Shown: positions 18,869 through 28,888, counted from the first letter of the stretch. The stretch: 64,000 nucleotides of DNA from Verrucomicrobiales bacterium (GCA_027483345.1 JAIXUV010000034.1:936-64935), one strand, 5' to 3'. Translations and numbers: made by a program. The notes: generated from the sequence alone by a model not told the origin.

Positions 18869-20104
18869 ATGCTTGATTTCACGTGCAGGTCCTGCGGTTC
18901 GGTCTCGGGTCGGCTCATCCTCGACCTCGGCAACCAACCGCTCGCCAACAACCTCCTCTCCCCGGTCGACCTGGGAGGCGAAGAGCCCCGGTTTCCACTT
19001 CGGCTCGTCTGGTGTGACCGGTGCCACCTGCTTCAGATCACCGACATCGTGCCGCCCGTCCGGCTCTTCTCGGAGTACCTCTACTTCTCGTCCTTCTCCG
19101 ACGCCTTGTTGAAGCACTCCAAGGAGGCCGTCGAACGGCACCTCGCCGACTTCGAACTCGGCCCGTCCAGCCTCGTGGTCGAGATCGCCAGCAACGACGG
19201 CTACCTGCTCCGCAACTTCGTCGCAGCCGGTGTCCCCTGCCTCGGCATCGAACCCGCCGGGAACATCGCCAAGGTCGCCGTCGAAAAGGGCATCCCCACC
19301 CTCAACCGATTCTTCGGCGTCGAACTCGCCAACGAACTGGCCGCCGAAGGCCGTCAGGCCGACCTCATCCTCGGCAACAACGTCTTCGCCCATGTACCGG
19401 ACACCAACGGCTTCGTCGCCGGCCTCGCCGCACTGCTGAAGCCCGGGGGGCGGATCGCCCTCGAATTCCCCTACGGCTGCGACCTGGTGGAGCACACGGA
19501 GTTCGACACGATCTACCACGAGCACGTCTTCTATTTCACCGTCACCGCCCTCAAGCCCCTCTTCGAGCGGCACGGGCTCGAACTGTTCCACGTCGAGCGG
19601 TATCCGATCCATGGCGGCTCGTTGCGCCTCTTCGCCGGCCATCGCGGCGCGCACCCGATCCGCGAGAGCATCGTGGACCTCCTCGCCGAGGAGACCTCGA
19701 AGGGTGTCCACACCGCGGCCTACTACGAGGCCTTCGGCGACCACGTGCGCCGGTTGAAGGAGGAGACCTTGGCCTTGCTCCGGGATCTGCGCTCCCGCAA
19801 GGAACGGATCTGCGCGTACGGGGCCTCGGCCAAGGGCAGCACGCTGCTGAACTTCTACGGGATCGGTCGGGACGGATTCGACTGCATCGACTTCGTCGTC
19901 GACCGGAGCACCGCCAAGCAGGGCAAGCTGACCCCGGGAAGCCATCTGCCAATCCTGCCCGTCGAGGAACTGCACACGCGTTTCGCCAAGCACGCCCTGC
20001 TGCTCACCTGGAACTTCGCCGACGAGATCCTTCGCCAGCAGCAGGCCTGGAGGGATTCCGGCGGACGCTTCATCGTGCCGATCCCCGAGGTCCGCGTCGT
20101 CTAG
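18869..20104 (+). CDS. NDP-sugar C-methyltransferase (Zn-binding, SAM-dependent)
   Basis: CRSCG..LDLGNQPLAN..CDRC; VVEIASNDGYLL; FDTIYHEH; YGASAKGSTLLN. Confidence 0.92.
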   Translation: MLDFTCRSCGSVSGRLILDLGNQPLANNLLSPVDLGGEEPRFPLRLVWCDRCHLLQITDIVPPVRLFSEYLYFSSFSDALLKHSKEAVERHLADFELGPSSLVVEIASNDGYLLRNFVAAGVPCLGIEPAGNIAKVAVEKGIPTLNRFFGVELANELAAEGRQADLILGNNVFAHVPDTNGFVAGLAALLKPGGRIALEFPYGCDLVEHTEFDTIYHEHVFYFTVTALKPLFERHGLELFHVERYPIHGGSLRLFAGHRGAHPIRESIVDLLAEETSKGVHTAAYYEAFGDHVRRLKEETLALLRDLRSRKERICAYGASAKGSTLLNFYGIGRDGFDCIDFVVDRSTAKQGKLTPGSHLPILPVEELHTRFAKHALLLTWNFADEILRQQQAWRDSGGRFIVPIPEVRVV

Positions 20105-20120
20105 CCCGCACTCAGGCGAC

Positions 20121-20660
20121 ATGCTCTTCGAGTCCACATCGTTGGAAGGCGTCTGGCTGATCCGTCCGGAACGCCGCCATGATGAACGGGGCTGGTTCAC
20201 ACGCTCCTGGTGCGAAATGGAGTTCGCCGCCCACGGGCTGAACACCCGTTGGCCGCAGGGCAACGTCACCCGGACCCTCCGTCGCGGCATGATCCGCGGA
20301 CTGCATTGGCAGGATGCCCAGGCGCCGGAGATCAAGCTCGTGCGCTGTTCCGCCGGCGCGATTCAGGATGTGGTCGTCGACGTGAGACACGATTCACCCA
20401 CCCGCGGCCGTTGGCTTTCCTTCGAGCTGAGCGCCGAGAATGGACACCAACTCTACGTTGGGGCGGGCTTCGCCCATGGATTCCAGTGCCTCGGTGACGG
20501 CAGCGAGGTCTCCTACTTGATGGGCGGACTCTACGTCTCCGAACTCGCCCGGGGTTTCCGTTGGGACGACCCGGAGGTTGCGATCGGCTGGAACAATCCG
20601 GCCGCCGCATTCCTGTCGGAACGGGACCGGAACTTGCCTCTGTTGCGCGACGTTGTCTGA
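20121..20660 (+). CDS. rfbC: dTDP-4-dehydrorhamnose 3,5-epimerase family protein
   Basis: DERGWF, RGLHWQ, KLVRC..G, GFAHGFQ, RWDDP. Confidence 0.92.
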   Translation: MLFESTSLEGVWLIRPERRHDERGWFTRSWCEMEFAAHGLNTRWPQGNVTRTLRRGMIRGLHWQDAQAPEIKLVRCSAGAIQDVVVDVRHDSPTRGRWLSFELSAENGHQLYVGAGFAHGFQCLGDGSEVSYLMGGLYVSELARGFRWDDPEVAIGWNNPAAAFLSERDRNLPLLRDVV

Positions 20661-20672
20661 CTACGCCCGCCG

Positions 20673-21401
20673 ATGGCCGCCACGAATCCCTACCGCAACT
20701 ACCTCACCATCGCCGCTGCGGTCGCCAGCCAGATGGGTCCCGCCGAGGTGGCGCTGATCCCGCTCCGCATGGCGGTCAGCCCGCTGCTGATCCCATTCCT
20801 GCCCCGCCGCACCTTCCCCTTCCGCGGCCGGCAACTGGAGCAGTTCTACCACCGCTACAACACCACCTGGGCCAACGAACGGGTGGTCGAGGTGCCCGTG
20901 GGACGGACCTTGGTCGACGAGGCCGGCGGACCGGACGTGATCGAGATCGGCAATGTCCTCGGGCATTACGGTCCGATCTCCCATCAGGTGGTGGACAAGT
21001 TCGAGAAGGCCGACGGGGTGCTCAACGAAGACGCCGCGACGTGGCAGCCTCCGCGGCTCTGCGACCTGGTCCTGTCGATCTCGACCTTTGAACACATCGG
21101 CTACGACGACGACGACAAGGATCCGTCGGGCGGGAAGATCCTCCAGGCGGTGGCCAATTGCCGGCGTTGGCTCAAGCCGCGGGGACGGTTGGTCCTGACC
21201 GCCGCTCCCGGCTACAACCCGGCGTTCGATGCCCTGATCCGCGACAACCGCATCGGCGCCGATCGTCTCGAGTTCTTCCATCGGGTCTCCCGACTGCGGT
21301 GGAGACCCTGCGATGCCACCACGGCACTTGCGGCCCGCTACCATTCGCCCTACCCGTTCGGCAACGCCGTGATCCTTGCCGAATTCGGCCCTGCCGTCTG
21401 A
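20673..21401 (+). CDS. Class I SAM-dependent methyltransferase-like protein
   Basis: NERVVEVP, VIEIGNVL, LSISTFEHIG, WLKPRGRLVLT. Confidence 0.7.
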   Translation: MAATNPYRNYLTIAAAVASQMGPAEVALIPLRMAVSPLLIPFLPRRTFPFRGRQLEQFYHRYNTTWANERVVEVPVGRTLVDEAGGPDVIEIGNVLGHYGPISHQVVDKFEKADGVLNEDAATWQPPRLCDLVLSISTFEHIGYDDDDKDPSGGKILQAVANCRRWLKPRGRLVLTAAPGYNPAFDALIRDNRIGADRLEFFHRVSRLRWRPCDATTALAARYHSPYPFGNAVILAEFGPAV

Positions 21402-21445
21402 AGTCGGATCCCAGGGCGCCACCGTCGAAACCCGCTCCCACCACC

Positions 21446-22384
21446 ATGGCCAACATCCTGATCCGCCCCCCCTGGCACCTGCCCGACAGCCAGATCACCC
21501 CGGAATCCGCGTACCTGCGGCGGAGGGAGTTCCTCCGGTCGATGGGCTTCATCGGCGGCGGCCTCCTGACGGGCCTCGCTGCGGAGGCGGCGGACGCACC
21601 GAAGACGGCCGTGCCGCGGAACCCGGAGTTCGATCCGAAGGAACCGCTGTCCCTGGAGGAGGCGGCGACCAGCTACAACAACTTCTACGAATTCAGCACG
21701 TCCAAGACGCGGGTGAAGGAACTCGTGGGCAAATTCAAGACCGATCCCTGGACGGTGGAGGTGGCCGGGTTGTGCGAGAAGCCGTTCAAGTTGGACCTCA
21801 CGGCGCTGACGCGGGATTTCAGCCCGGAGGAGCGCGTGTATCGGTTCCGCTGCGTGGAGGCCTGGGCGATGGTGGTGCCGTGGACCGGCTTTCCCCTTGC
21901 GAAGGTCATCGAGAAGGCCCAACCCAAGTCCGAGGCCCGCTTCGTCTCGTTCACCACGGCCCTGCGGCCGGACGAGATGCCTGGGATCGCGCGGCTTGCC
22001 GACTACCCGTGGCCCTACACCGAAGGCCTCACGCTGGAGGAGGCCCGGCATCCGCTCACCTTGCTAGCCACGGGCATCTACGGCCGCCCCATGCCGAAGC
22101 AGAACGGCGCACCCGTCCGTTTGGTCGTACCGTGGAAGTACGGCTACAAGAGCATCAAGAGCATCGTCCGCATCGAATTCACCGCCAAGCAGCCGGCAAC
22201 CCTCTGGGAGACGCTGAACCCGAAGGAATATCCCTTCGAATCGAACGTGGACCCGAAGGTGCCGCATCCCCGCTGGAGCCAGTCCACGGAACGCATGGTG
22301 GACACCGGCGACCGCGTCCCGACCCGCTACCTGAACGGATACGCCGACCTCGTCGGGAAACTGTATCCGAACCGCAAGACCTGA
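21446..22384 (+). CDS. msrP: Protein-methionine-sulfoxide reductase catalytic subunit
   Basis: ITPESAYLRRREFL (Tat), SYNNFYEF, YRFRCVEAW, QNGAPVRLVVPWKYGYKSIKSI, HPRWSQ. Confidence 0.95.
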   Translation: MANILIRPPWHLPDSQITPESAYLRRREFLRSMGFIGGGLLTGLAAEAADAPKTAVPRNPEFDPKEPLSLEEAATSYNNFYEFSTSKTRVKELVGKFKTDPWTVEVAGLCEKPFKLDLTALTRDFSPEERVYRFRCVEAWAMVVPWTGFPLAKVIEKAQPKSEARFVSFTTALRPDEMPGIARLADYPWPYTEGLTLEEARHPLTLLATGIYGRPMPKQNGAPVRLVVPWKYGYKSIKSIVRIEFTAKQPATLWETLNPKEYPFESNVDPKVPHPRWSQSTERMVDTGDRVPTRYLNGYADLVGKLYPNRKT

Positions 22385-22405
22385 TCCCCGCCGTCCCAGC
22401 CTTCC

Positions 22406-23533
22406 ATGTCGACCGTCCTTCCCGTCGAGACCACCGACCCGGTCAACGCCCGGATCCTCGCCGTCAGCGAGGATCGCCTCCAGGGCTACCACCGCGATCC
22501 GATGTCCGAGATCGCCCGGCTGAGCGGGTTGCCGGTGGAGACGGTCATCGAACGCATCCGGGCCCTCCTCGAAGCCGGGACGATCCGCCGCGTGAGGCAG
22601 ACGCTGCTCGCGACCAGCCTGGCCGAGGGGGCGCTCTGCGCCTGGGAAGTCCCCGTGGAGTCGACAGACACGGCCTTCGACTTCCTGTTCCAGCAGGATC
22701 CCTTCAGTGGACACGTGGTCGTCCGGTCGACGGATGCCGCGACACCGGGTTCGAACTACCGCCTCTGGACGACCCTGAAGGTTCCGCAGGGATTCTCGCT
22801 GGAGAAGCACGCCCGGCATCTGGCGAACCGGATCGGTGCCCGCCACTACCGGCTCATGCAGGCGAAGAACCTCTTCGCGCTCGGGGTGGGACATGTCCGC
22901 CGGCGCGGGATGGAGCCCGGGGCACGGGCGGACGAGCCGGCGGAAGCCGTGGACGTTCAGGTGGCCCAACTCAGCGACCTGGAATGGCGGGTCCTGGCGG
23001 CGTTGAAGCGGGAGTTCGCGCCGGAGGAACTCCGGGTGGATCTCTGGAAAGCACGGGCCCGGGAGGCGGACCTGCCGACGTCGGTCTTCCACGAGGTGGC
23101 CGAGGACCTCAACCGTCGCAAGATCATCGGCCGCTTCAGCACCTTCCTCGAGCACGTGAAGACGTTGGCCTCGGGCGAACGGGTCACGAAGTTCAACGCC
23201 CTTTTTCACTGGGCGGTTCCGCCCGGAAGGGAACTCGAGGCCGGCCGTGAGGTCGGTCGCCACTACATCATGACCCACGCCTACTGGCGGGAAGGCGGCC
23301 CGGAGTTCCGCAACGTGAATATCATGGGAGTGGCCCATGGATCCGACAAGGCGACCGTCCTCGCCCATAAGGCCGCGATCGACCGGCACCTGGAAGAGGC
23401 GGGGATCCCGATCGGATACACCAACGTCTTCTGGGGCGGCCGCAGCGAGATCAAGCCCAGCGAGATCTCCCCGCTCGCCTATTTGGAATGGTGTCGGTCC
23501 ACGGGGATCGATCCAGAGGCCATGAGGGATTAG
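22406..23533 (+). CDS. Fused siroheme decarboxylase AhbA/AhbB (NirDL-like, Lrp/AsnC fold)
   Basis: Two tandem HTH+AsnC halves (GTIRRVRQT..GHVVVR..YRLWTTL; IIGRFSTFLEH..NALFHW..THAYWR). Confidence 0.75.
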   Translation: MSTVLPVETTDPVNARILAVSEDRLQGYHRDPMSEIARLSGLPVETVIERIRALLEAGTIRRVRQTLLATSLAEGALCAWEVPVESTDTAFDFLFQQDPFSGHVVVRSTDAATPGSNYRLWTTLKVPQGFSLEKHARHLANRIGARHYRLMQAKNLFALGVGHVRRRGMEPGARADEPAEAVDVQVAQLSDLEWRVLAALKREFAPEELRVDLWKARAREADLPTSVFHEVAEDLNRRKIIGRFSTFLEHVKTLASGERVTKFNALFHWAVPPGRELEAGREVGRHYIMTHAYWREGGPEFRNVNIMGVAHGSDKATVLAHKAAIDRHLEEAGIPIGYTNVFWGGRSEIKPSEISPLAYLEWCRSTGIDPEAMRD

Positions 23534-23555
23534 CCCTCCGGACGGTCGGACGGCC

Positions 23556-23585
23556 TTGAGCCCGGGACAGCGCCTCCGATAGCCT
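23556..23585 (+). promoter_or_regulatory. Putative leaderless sigma70 promoter of mutS
   Basis: TTGAGC-18nt-TAGCCT, 6 nt before ATG 23592. Confidence 0.5.
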
Positions 23586-23591
23586 CCACGC

Positions 23592-26237
23592 ATGTCCGCC
23601 GACGAAGCAGCGCTGACCCCGATGATGGCGCAGTACCGCCGCATCAAGGGCGAACTGCCGAAGGATGCGCTGCTCCTCTTCCGACTCGGCGACTTCTACG
23701 AGCTGTTCTTCGAGGACGCCGTCACCTGTTCCCAGATCCTCGGACTGACCCTGACCAAGAGGAATGGCATCCCGATGTGCGGGATGCCCTACCACGCCGC
23801 GAACGGCTACATCGGCCGCATCCTGAAGGCGGGTCGGAAGGTCGCGGTCTGCGACCAGACCGAGGAGGCGAAGCCCGGCAAGCTCGTCCAGCGGGAGGTG
23901 ACCTCGATCCTCTCGCCAGGAACCCACTTCGACGACCGGCTGCTGAAGGCGGAGCACAACAACTTCCTCGCCGCCCTGTACCAACATGGAGGGGCCTTCG
24001 CGCTGGCCTGCGTGGACCTGACGACGGGCGACTTCCGCGTCACCGAGCAGTCCGATTCCAAACCCGTGCTCGCCGAATTGGACCGCCTCCGGCCGGCCGA
24101 GCTGATCCACCCGGCCGAGTCGAAGACGCTCGCCGCCTTCGCCGCCCAGGCCAACACCATCACCGTAGGACACGACGACTGGACGTTCCTGCCCGAGACC
24201 GCGGTCTTCACGCTCAAGGAGCATTTCAAGGTGGCCTCGCTCGATGGATTCGGGCTTCGCAACCGGCCGGCGGCGGTCGGCGCGGCCGGTGCGGTCCTGC
24301 ACTACCTTTCGACCCACCTGCGGCGGGATGTCTCCCATCTCACCCGGCTCACGACCTACGAGGCGACCGACTTCCTGGTGCTGGACGCCACCTCGCTCCG
24401 CAACCTGGAGATCCTGGAACCGCTGCACGCGGACTCCCCGAGGAACACGACCCTCTTCTCCGCATTGAACCGCACGGTCACCCCGATGGGAGCCCGCCGG
24501 CTGCGCGATTGGCTGACCCAGCCGCTGGCCACGCTCGGCCCCATCCACCGCCGCCAAGAAGCGATCCGCGCCTGGCTGGGCAACACCGATGTGCTGGCCG
24601 GGTTCCGAAGCCGGCTGACGGAAGTGCGAGATCTTGAACGGACCGTCAGCCGTCTCAGCCTCGGAAGCGGCAACGCCCGCGACCTGCTCGGGCTGAGGAT
24701 CGCCTTGGAGCAGATTCCCGCGATCCGGGCCTCGGCCTCCGGGCTCCTTCCCCGCGAGGAGCCGGCGCCGCCGTTGCTGGAGGAAGACGGAATCCCTCCA
24801 GGCCCGGAAAATCCCCCGCCGCTGCTCGCCGACCTTCTTTCCCAGGTCCTTGAGATGCCCGACCTGGTCGAGTTGCTGACCCGCGCCCTGGCCGACGAGC
24901 CACCGTTGGCGGTCCGGGAGGGCGGCATGATACGGGACGGCTTCAGCGCGGAGCTGGACGAGCTCCGCAACGCTGCGCGCGGCGGCAAGGACTGGTTGGC
25001 CAAGCTTCAGCAGGACGAGGTCGCCCGCACCGGCATCCCCTCGCTGAAGGTCGGATTCAACTCGGTGTTTGGTTACTACATCGAGGTCACCAAGACCCAC
25101 CTTGCAAAGGTGCCGGCCGACTACGTCCGGAAGCAGACCGTCGCCAACGGCGAGCGCTACATCACCCAGGACCTGAAGACGATGGAGTCGAAGATCCTCG
25201 GCTCTGAAGAAAGGGCGACCAAGCTGGAGTACGATCTGTTCCAGCGTCTGCGCGAGGAGGTCCTCGCCCAGTTGAAGGCGATCCAAGCCACCGCCTCCGC
25301 GCTGGCCCAACTCGACGTGCTGGGCGCCTTCGCCGAGACGGCCCGACTCCATGGATGGGTTCTTCCCACGGTCGGCGGCGCCGGGATCCTTTCGATCCGA
25401 GAAGGTCGCCATCCGGTGCTCGACCTCAGCATGACCGGGGAGCGTTTCGTCCCCAACGACACCGACCTCGACCCGGCCGAGTGCCAGATCGCCCTGATCA
25501 CCGGGCCGAACATGGCCGGCAAAAGCACCTTCATCCGGCAGGTCGCCTTGCTCACCCTGCTTGCACACACGGGCTCCTGCCTGCCTGCGGAGTCGGCACG
25601 CATCGACCTGTGTGACCGCATCTTCACCCGGATCGGCGCCAGTGACGACCTGGCCCGCGGGCAGAGCACGTTCATGGTCGAAATGAGCGAGACCGCGAAC
25701 ATCCTGAACAACGCCAGCCGCAGGAGCCTGGTGATCCTCGACGAGATCGGACGCGGTACCAGCACCTTCGACGGCCTGAGCCTTGCCTGGAGCATCGTGG
25801 AGCACCTGCATCATCAGGTCGGTGCCAAGACCCTGTTCGCCACCCACTACCACGAGCTGACCGAACTCGCCGGCGGAGACGCGACGGATCCGGGCCGTCT
25901 CAAGCGGGTTCGGAACCTCAACGTCGCCGTCAGGGAGTACAACGACCAGATCGTCTTCCTGCGGAAGATCCAGCCGGGTCCGGCCGACAAGAGCTACGGC
26001 ATCCAGGTCGCCCGACTCGCCGGCGTTCCACACCCGGTCATCGGCCGCGCCAAGGAGATCCTGCGGGTGCTGGAGGAGGCCGAGTTGAACCTGCACCAGG
26101 TGGCCGCTACTTCCGGCACGGCGGATGGCGGCGACGAGGGAAATGCCCACCCCAAGAAGCCCGCGAGGAAGGGATCCGCCGGCCGGCGGGCCCTGGTGGG
26201 TCTGGCCCCTTCGGACCAGCTCGACCTCTTTTCCTGA
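23592..26237 (+). CDS. mutS: DNA mismatch repair protein MutS
   Basis: TPMMAQY, FRLGDFYELF, ITGPNMAGKST, STFMVEM, DEIGRGTST, FATHYHEL. Confidence 0.98.
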   Translation: MSADEAALTPMMAQYRRIKGELPKDALLLFRLGDFYELFFEDAVTCSQILGLTLTKRNGIPMCGMPYHAANGYIGRILKAGRKVAVCDQTEEAKPGKLVQREVTSILSPGTHFDDRLLKAEHNNFLAALYQHGGAFALACVDLTTGDFRVTEQSDSKPVLAELDRLRPAELIHPAESKTLAAFAAQANTITVGHDDWTFLPETAVFTLKEHFKVASLDGFGLRNRPAAVGAAGAVLHYLSTHLRRDVSHLTRLTTYEATDFLVLDATSLRNLEILEPLHADSPRNTTLFSALNRTVTPMGARRLRDWLTQPLATLGPIHRRQEAIRAWLGNTDVLAGFRSRLTEVRDLERTVSRLSLGSGNARDLLGLRIALEQIPAIRASASGLLPREEPAPPLLEEDGIPPGPENPPPLLADLLSQVLEMPDLVELLTRALADEPPLAVREGGMIRDGFSAELDELRNAARGGKDWLAKLQQDEVARTGIPSLKVGFNSVFGYYIEVTKTHLAKVPADYVRKQTVANGERYITQDLKTMESKILGSEERATKLEYDLFQRLREEVLAQLKAIQATASALAQLDVLGAFAETARLHGWVLPTVGGAGILSIREGRHPVLDLSMTGERFVPNDTDLDPAECQIALITGPNMAGKSTFIRQVALLTLLAHTGSCLPAESARIDLCDRIFTRIGASDDLARGQSTFMVEMSETANILNNASRRSLVILDEIGRGTSTFDGLSLAWSIVEHLHHQVGAKTLFATHYHELTELAGGDATDPGRLKRVRNLNVAVREYNDQIVFLRKIQPGPADKSYGIQVARLAGVPHPVIGRAKEILRVLEEAELNLHQVAATSGTADGGDEGNAHPKKPARKGSAGRRALVGLAPSDQLDLFS

Positions 26238-26330
26238 TCCCCGTTGTCCACGGGGATCGGCGGTCCTACGTCCGGTCCAGAATGCCGTTGTGACCGACCA
26301 CGCTTCGCGGTCACGCTTTCCCCTCAATCT

Positions 26331-27662
26331 ATGGAGAAGATCCATGTCGGAATCGTCGGCGGAGGAACCGTTGGGGGTGGCGTTTGGCAGGCCCTGCAAC
26401 GCAACGGCCCACTCATGGCCGCCCGCCTCGGCGTGGCCCTCGAGGTCACCGGGGTGGCCGTGCGCGACCCCGGTCGCGCGCGGGCCGTGGACATCCCTCG
26501 GGACCGGATCACCGGCGACTGGCTCACGGTGGTCGAGGATTCCCGCAACCGGATCATCGTGGAGCTCATGGGCGGCACCTCGACGGCCCGGGAGGTGGTC
26601 CGCCGGGCGCTTTCCCTCGGCAAACCGGTGGTCACCGCCAACAAGGCCCTGATCTCGGCGCACGGTCCCGAGCTCTTCGCCTTGGCCGCCAAGAACGGCA
26701 CCAACCTGTACTATGAAGCCGCCGTCGCCGGTGGCATCCCGATCATCAAGGCGATCCGCGAGTCGTTCGCCGGAAACCGCCTCCTGCGCATCGCCGGCAT
26801 CGTCAACGGCACCTGCAACTACATCCTGACCCGGATGAAGCTCGAGGGCGCGGACTTCGCCGACGTCCTCGCGGATGCCCAACGGCTCGGCTACGCGGAG
26901 GCCGAACCCTCCCTCGACATCGACGGCCACGACGCGGCCCACAAGACCGGGATCCTCGCCTCGCTCGCGCACGGGTTCTGGGTGAAGCCGGAGGAGATCC
27001 ACACCGAGGGGATCCGACACGTGTCCAAGCTGGACATCCAGTTCGCCGCCCAACTCGGCTACACGATCCGGCTGCTGGGCATCGTCCAACCGGTGGCTGC
27101 CCCGAAATCCCGTTCCAAGCGCGCCGGCTCGGCCGCGATCCAGGTCACCGTCTACCCCGCGCTCGTCCCCAACTCCCACGTCCTCGCCTCGGTGAACCAC
27201 GCCTTCAACGCGGTGGCGATCCGCGGCGACGTCGTGGGCGACACCCTCTTTTACGGACGCGGCGCCGGACAGGATCCGACGGCCAGCTCGGTCCTGAGCG
27301 ACCTCGCCGACGCGGTCCTCGATCTCCGCGCCGGCAACCACCACCGCGTGCCGCCGTTCGTCGCACACGACGGTTCGGCCAAGGTCGCGCCGATCGACGG
27401 CATCGTCTCCCGCTTCTACGTAAGGCTCGAGGTGGCCGACCGCCCCGGGGTTTTCGCGCGGATCGCGTCGATCCTCGCCCAGGCCCGGATCGGCATCTCC
27501 TCGATCATCCAGCCCGAGGGCCATGCCGGCGAGACGGTGCCGGTGATCCTGATGCTGGATGAGGCGACGAACGAAGCCACCCGGAAGGCCATGGCCCGGA
27601 TCGCTCGTCTTCCGGTGGTCAAGGCCCCGCCGGTCGTCCTGAGAGTCGAGAACCTCGATTGA
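26331..27662 (+). CDS. hom: Homoserine dehydrogenase with C-terminal ACT domain
   Basis: GGGTVGGG, VVTANKA, EAAVAGGIP, NGTCNYIL, GRGAG..PTASSV, DRPGV. Confidence 0.96.
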   Translation: MEKIHVGIVGGGTVGGGVWQALQRNGPLMAARLGVALEVTGVAVRDPGRARAVDIPRDRITGDWLTVVEDSRNRIIVELMGGTSTAREVVRRALSLGKPVVTANKALISAHGPELFALAAKNGTNLYYEAAVAGGIPIIKAIRESFAGNRLLRIAGIVNGTCNYILTRMKLEGADFADVLADAQRLGYAEAEPSLDIDGHDAAHKTGILASLAHGFWVKPEEIHTEGIRHVSKLDIQFAAQLGYTIRLLGIVQPVAAPKSRSKRAGSAAIQVTVYPALVPNSHVLASVNHAFNAVAIRGDVVGDTLFYGRGAGQDPTASSVLSDLADAVLDLRAGNHHRVPPFVAHDGSAKVAPIDGIVSRFYVRLEVADRPGVFARIASILAQARIGISSIIQPEGHAGETVPVILMLDEATNEATRKAMARIARLPVVKAPPVVLRVENLD

Positions 27663-27679
27663 AGCCGTCCGAATCCCCG

Positions 27680-27934
27680 ATGAAACCCAAACACACACGG
27701 CTGTTCGTCAAACCCGGTTGCCCCTGGTGCGAGGAGGTCATCGAATGGCTCGATTCCCACGGTTACGTCTACGAGACCCTGGACGTGATCCGGAACTCCG
27801 CGGCACGGGCCGAAATGCTGTCGTTGACCGGCCAGTCCAAGGCACCGTCCATCGAGCTCGACGGCCACGTGCTGGCGGACTTCGGCGCCGACGAACTCGA
27901 GGAGTGGCTTCGTCCCCTTGGGTACGAAACCTGA
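27680..27934 (+). CDS. Glutaredoxin (CPWC)
   Basis: KPGCPWC..GQSKAP..LADFG. Confidence 0.88.
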   Translation: MKPKHTRLFVKPGCPWCEEVIEWLDSHGYVYETLDVIRNSAARAEMLSLTGQSKAPSIELDGHVLADFGADELEEWLRPLGYET

Positions 27935-27998
27935 AGAAGAGGTGGGAGGACGCTTGCCGGCACTGGAGTTTCTTCCGGGAACCGGCGACGCTTCACCC

Positions 27999-28760
27999 AT
28001 GAAGATGTTGCTGACGACGGCCCTCTCGCTCACCGCGGTCGCAGGCGTTTCCATGGCCCAAGTCGTGTATTCCGGCGGACTCGGGACCTCCATGGCAGAC
28101 CAGGGATGGGCCTACCAGGCCAGCACGGTTCCCGAAGGAGGCACGGCGTCCGCGACGACCGGATTCTCTGGTGGCGCGACCGTGGGCAACACCACACCGG
28201 CGATCACGGATCGCGCAGGTTGGGCCTACGGCAGGACGATCGCGCCCTCGTTCCCGATTCTGGACAGGTCGACGGGGTACACCGTAACCCTCGATCTTTC
28301 CGTCGGCTCCGAGAACCACTCGAGCAACGACCGGGCCGGCTTCAGTTGGACCACCATGGGTTCCGACGGGTTCGGCGTGGAGTTCGGCTTCCACGGAGAC
28401 AGCGTGTGGGCCCAGGGAACCACGCCCACGGTCTTCACACGGGCCGAGTCTGCCACCACGGACACCTCGATCCGGAACACCTACACCCTCTCGGTTTTCG
28501 GATCGGGCTACACCCTCGCCAACTCCGGAGGGACGCTGCTGACCGGAAGCCTGCGGAACTACGCTGGAGCCGGTGCTCCGGCGATCCCGTACGCGACGTT
28601 CCAGAACTACATCTTCCTGGGCGACAACACCGCGGCCGCCGCGGCGACCTATTCGATCTACGAGGTCGCCGTCGCGGTGCCGGAACCGGACCGGATGGCG
28701 GTGATCGCGGGCATGATGATGATCCCCGCACTGCGGTTCCTCCGGCGCGCACGGCGCTGA
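27999..28760 (+). CDS. PEP-CTERM surface protein
   Basis: Signal peptide; LDRSTGYTV..ENH..NDRAGFS..FLGDNT; C-terminal VPEP + hydrophobic stretch + RRARR. Confidence 0.85.
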   Translation: MKMLLTTALSLTAVAGVSMAQVVYSGGLGTSMADQGWAYQASTVPEGGTASATTGFSGGATVGNTTPAITDRAGWAYGRTIAPSFPILDRSTGYTVTLDLSVGSENHSSNDRAGFSWTTMGSDGFGVEFGFHGDSVWAQGTTPTVFTRAESATTDTSIRNTYTLSVFGSGYTLANSGGTLLTGSLRNYAGAGAPAIPYATFQNYIFLGDNTAAAAATYSIYEVAVAVPEPDRMAVIAGMMMIPALRFLRRARR

Positions 28761-28836
28761 TCGAAATCGGCCTCCAAGTCGGTCCGCACCGGCCGGTTTG
28801 CCGGCCGGCATCGCGTCTTCGGAACTCTGGGTTGCC

Positions 28837-28863
28837 ATCGCGGCTTTGCGGATTTGCGTGAGG
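28837..28863. repeat. Dispersed ~27-nt intergenic repeat, copy 2
   Basis: atcgcggctttgcggatttgcgtgagg. Confidence 0.45.
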
Positions 28864-28888
28864 CTCCCATTGAGATGGGCAGGTCCGA

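Larger units (their letters stand above)
16690..18885. other. Low-GC inserted segment (likely horizontally acquired)
   Basis: Abrupt rise in A/T-ending codons and AT-rich intergenic DNA relative to the flanks; boundaries judged by eye. Confidence 0.8.

Noticed and set aside
23451-27698. 1415-aa minus-strand ORF
   Set aside because: Antisense shadow of mutS and hom, caused by high-GC codon bias
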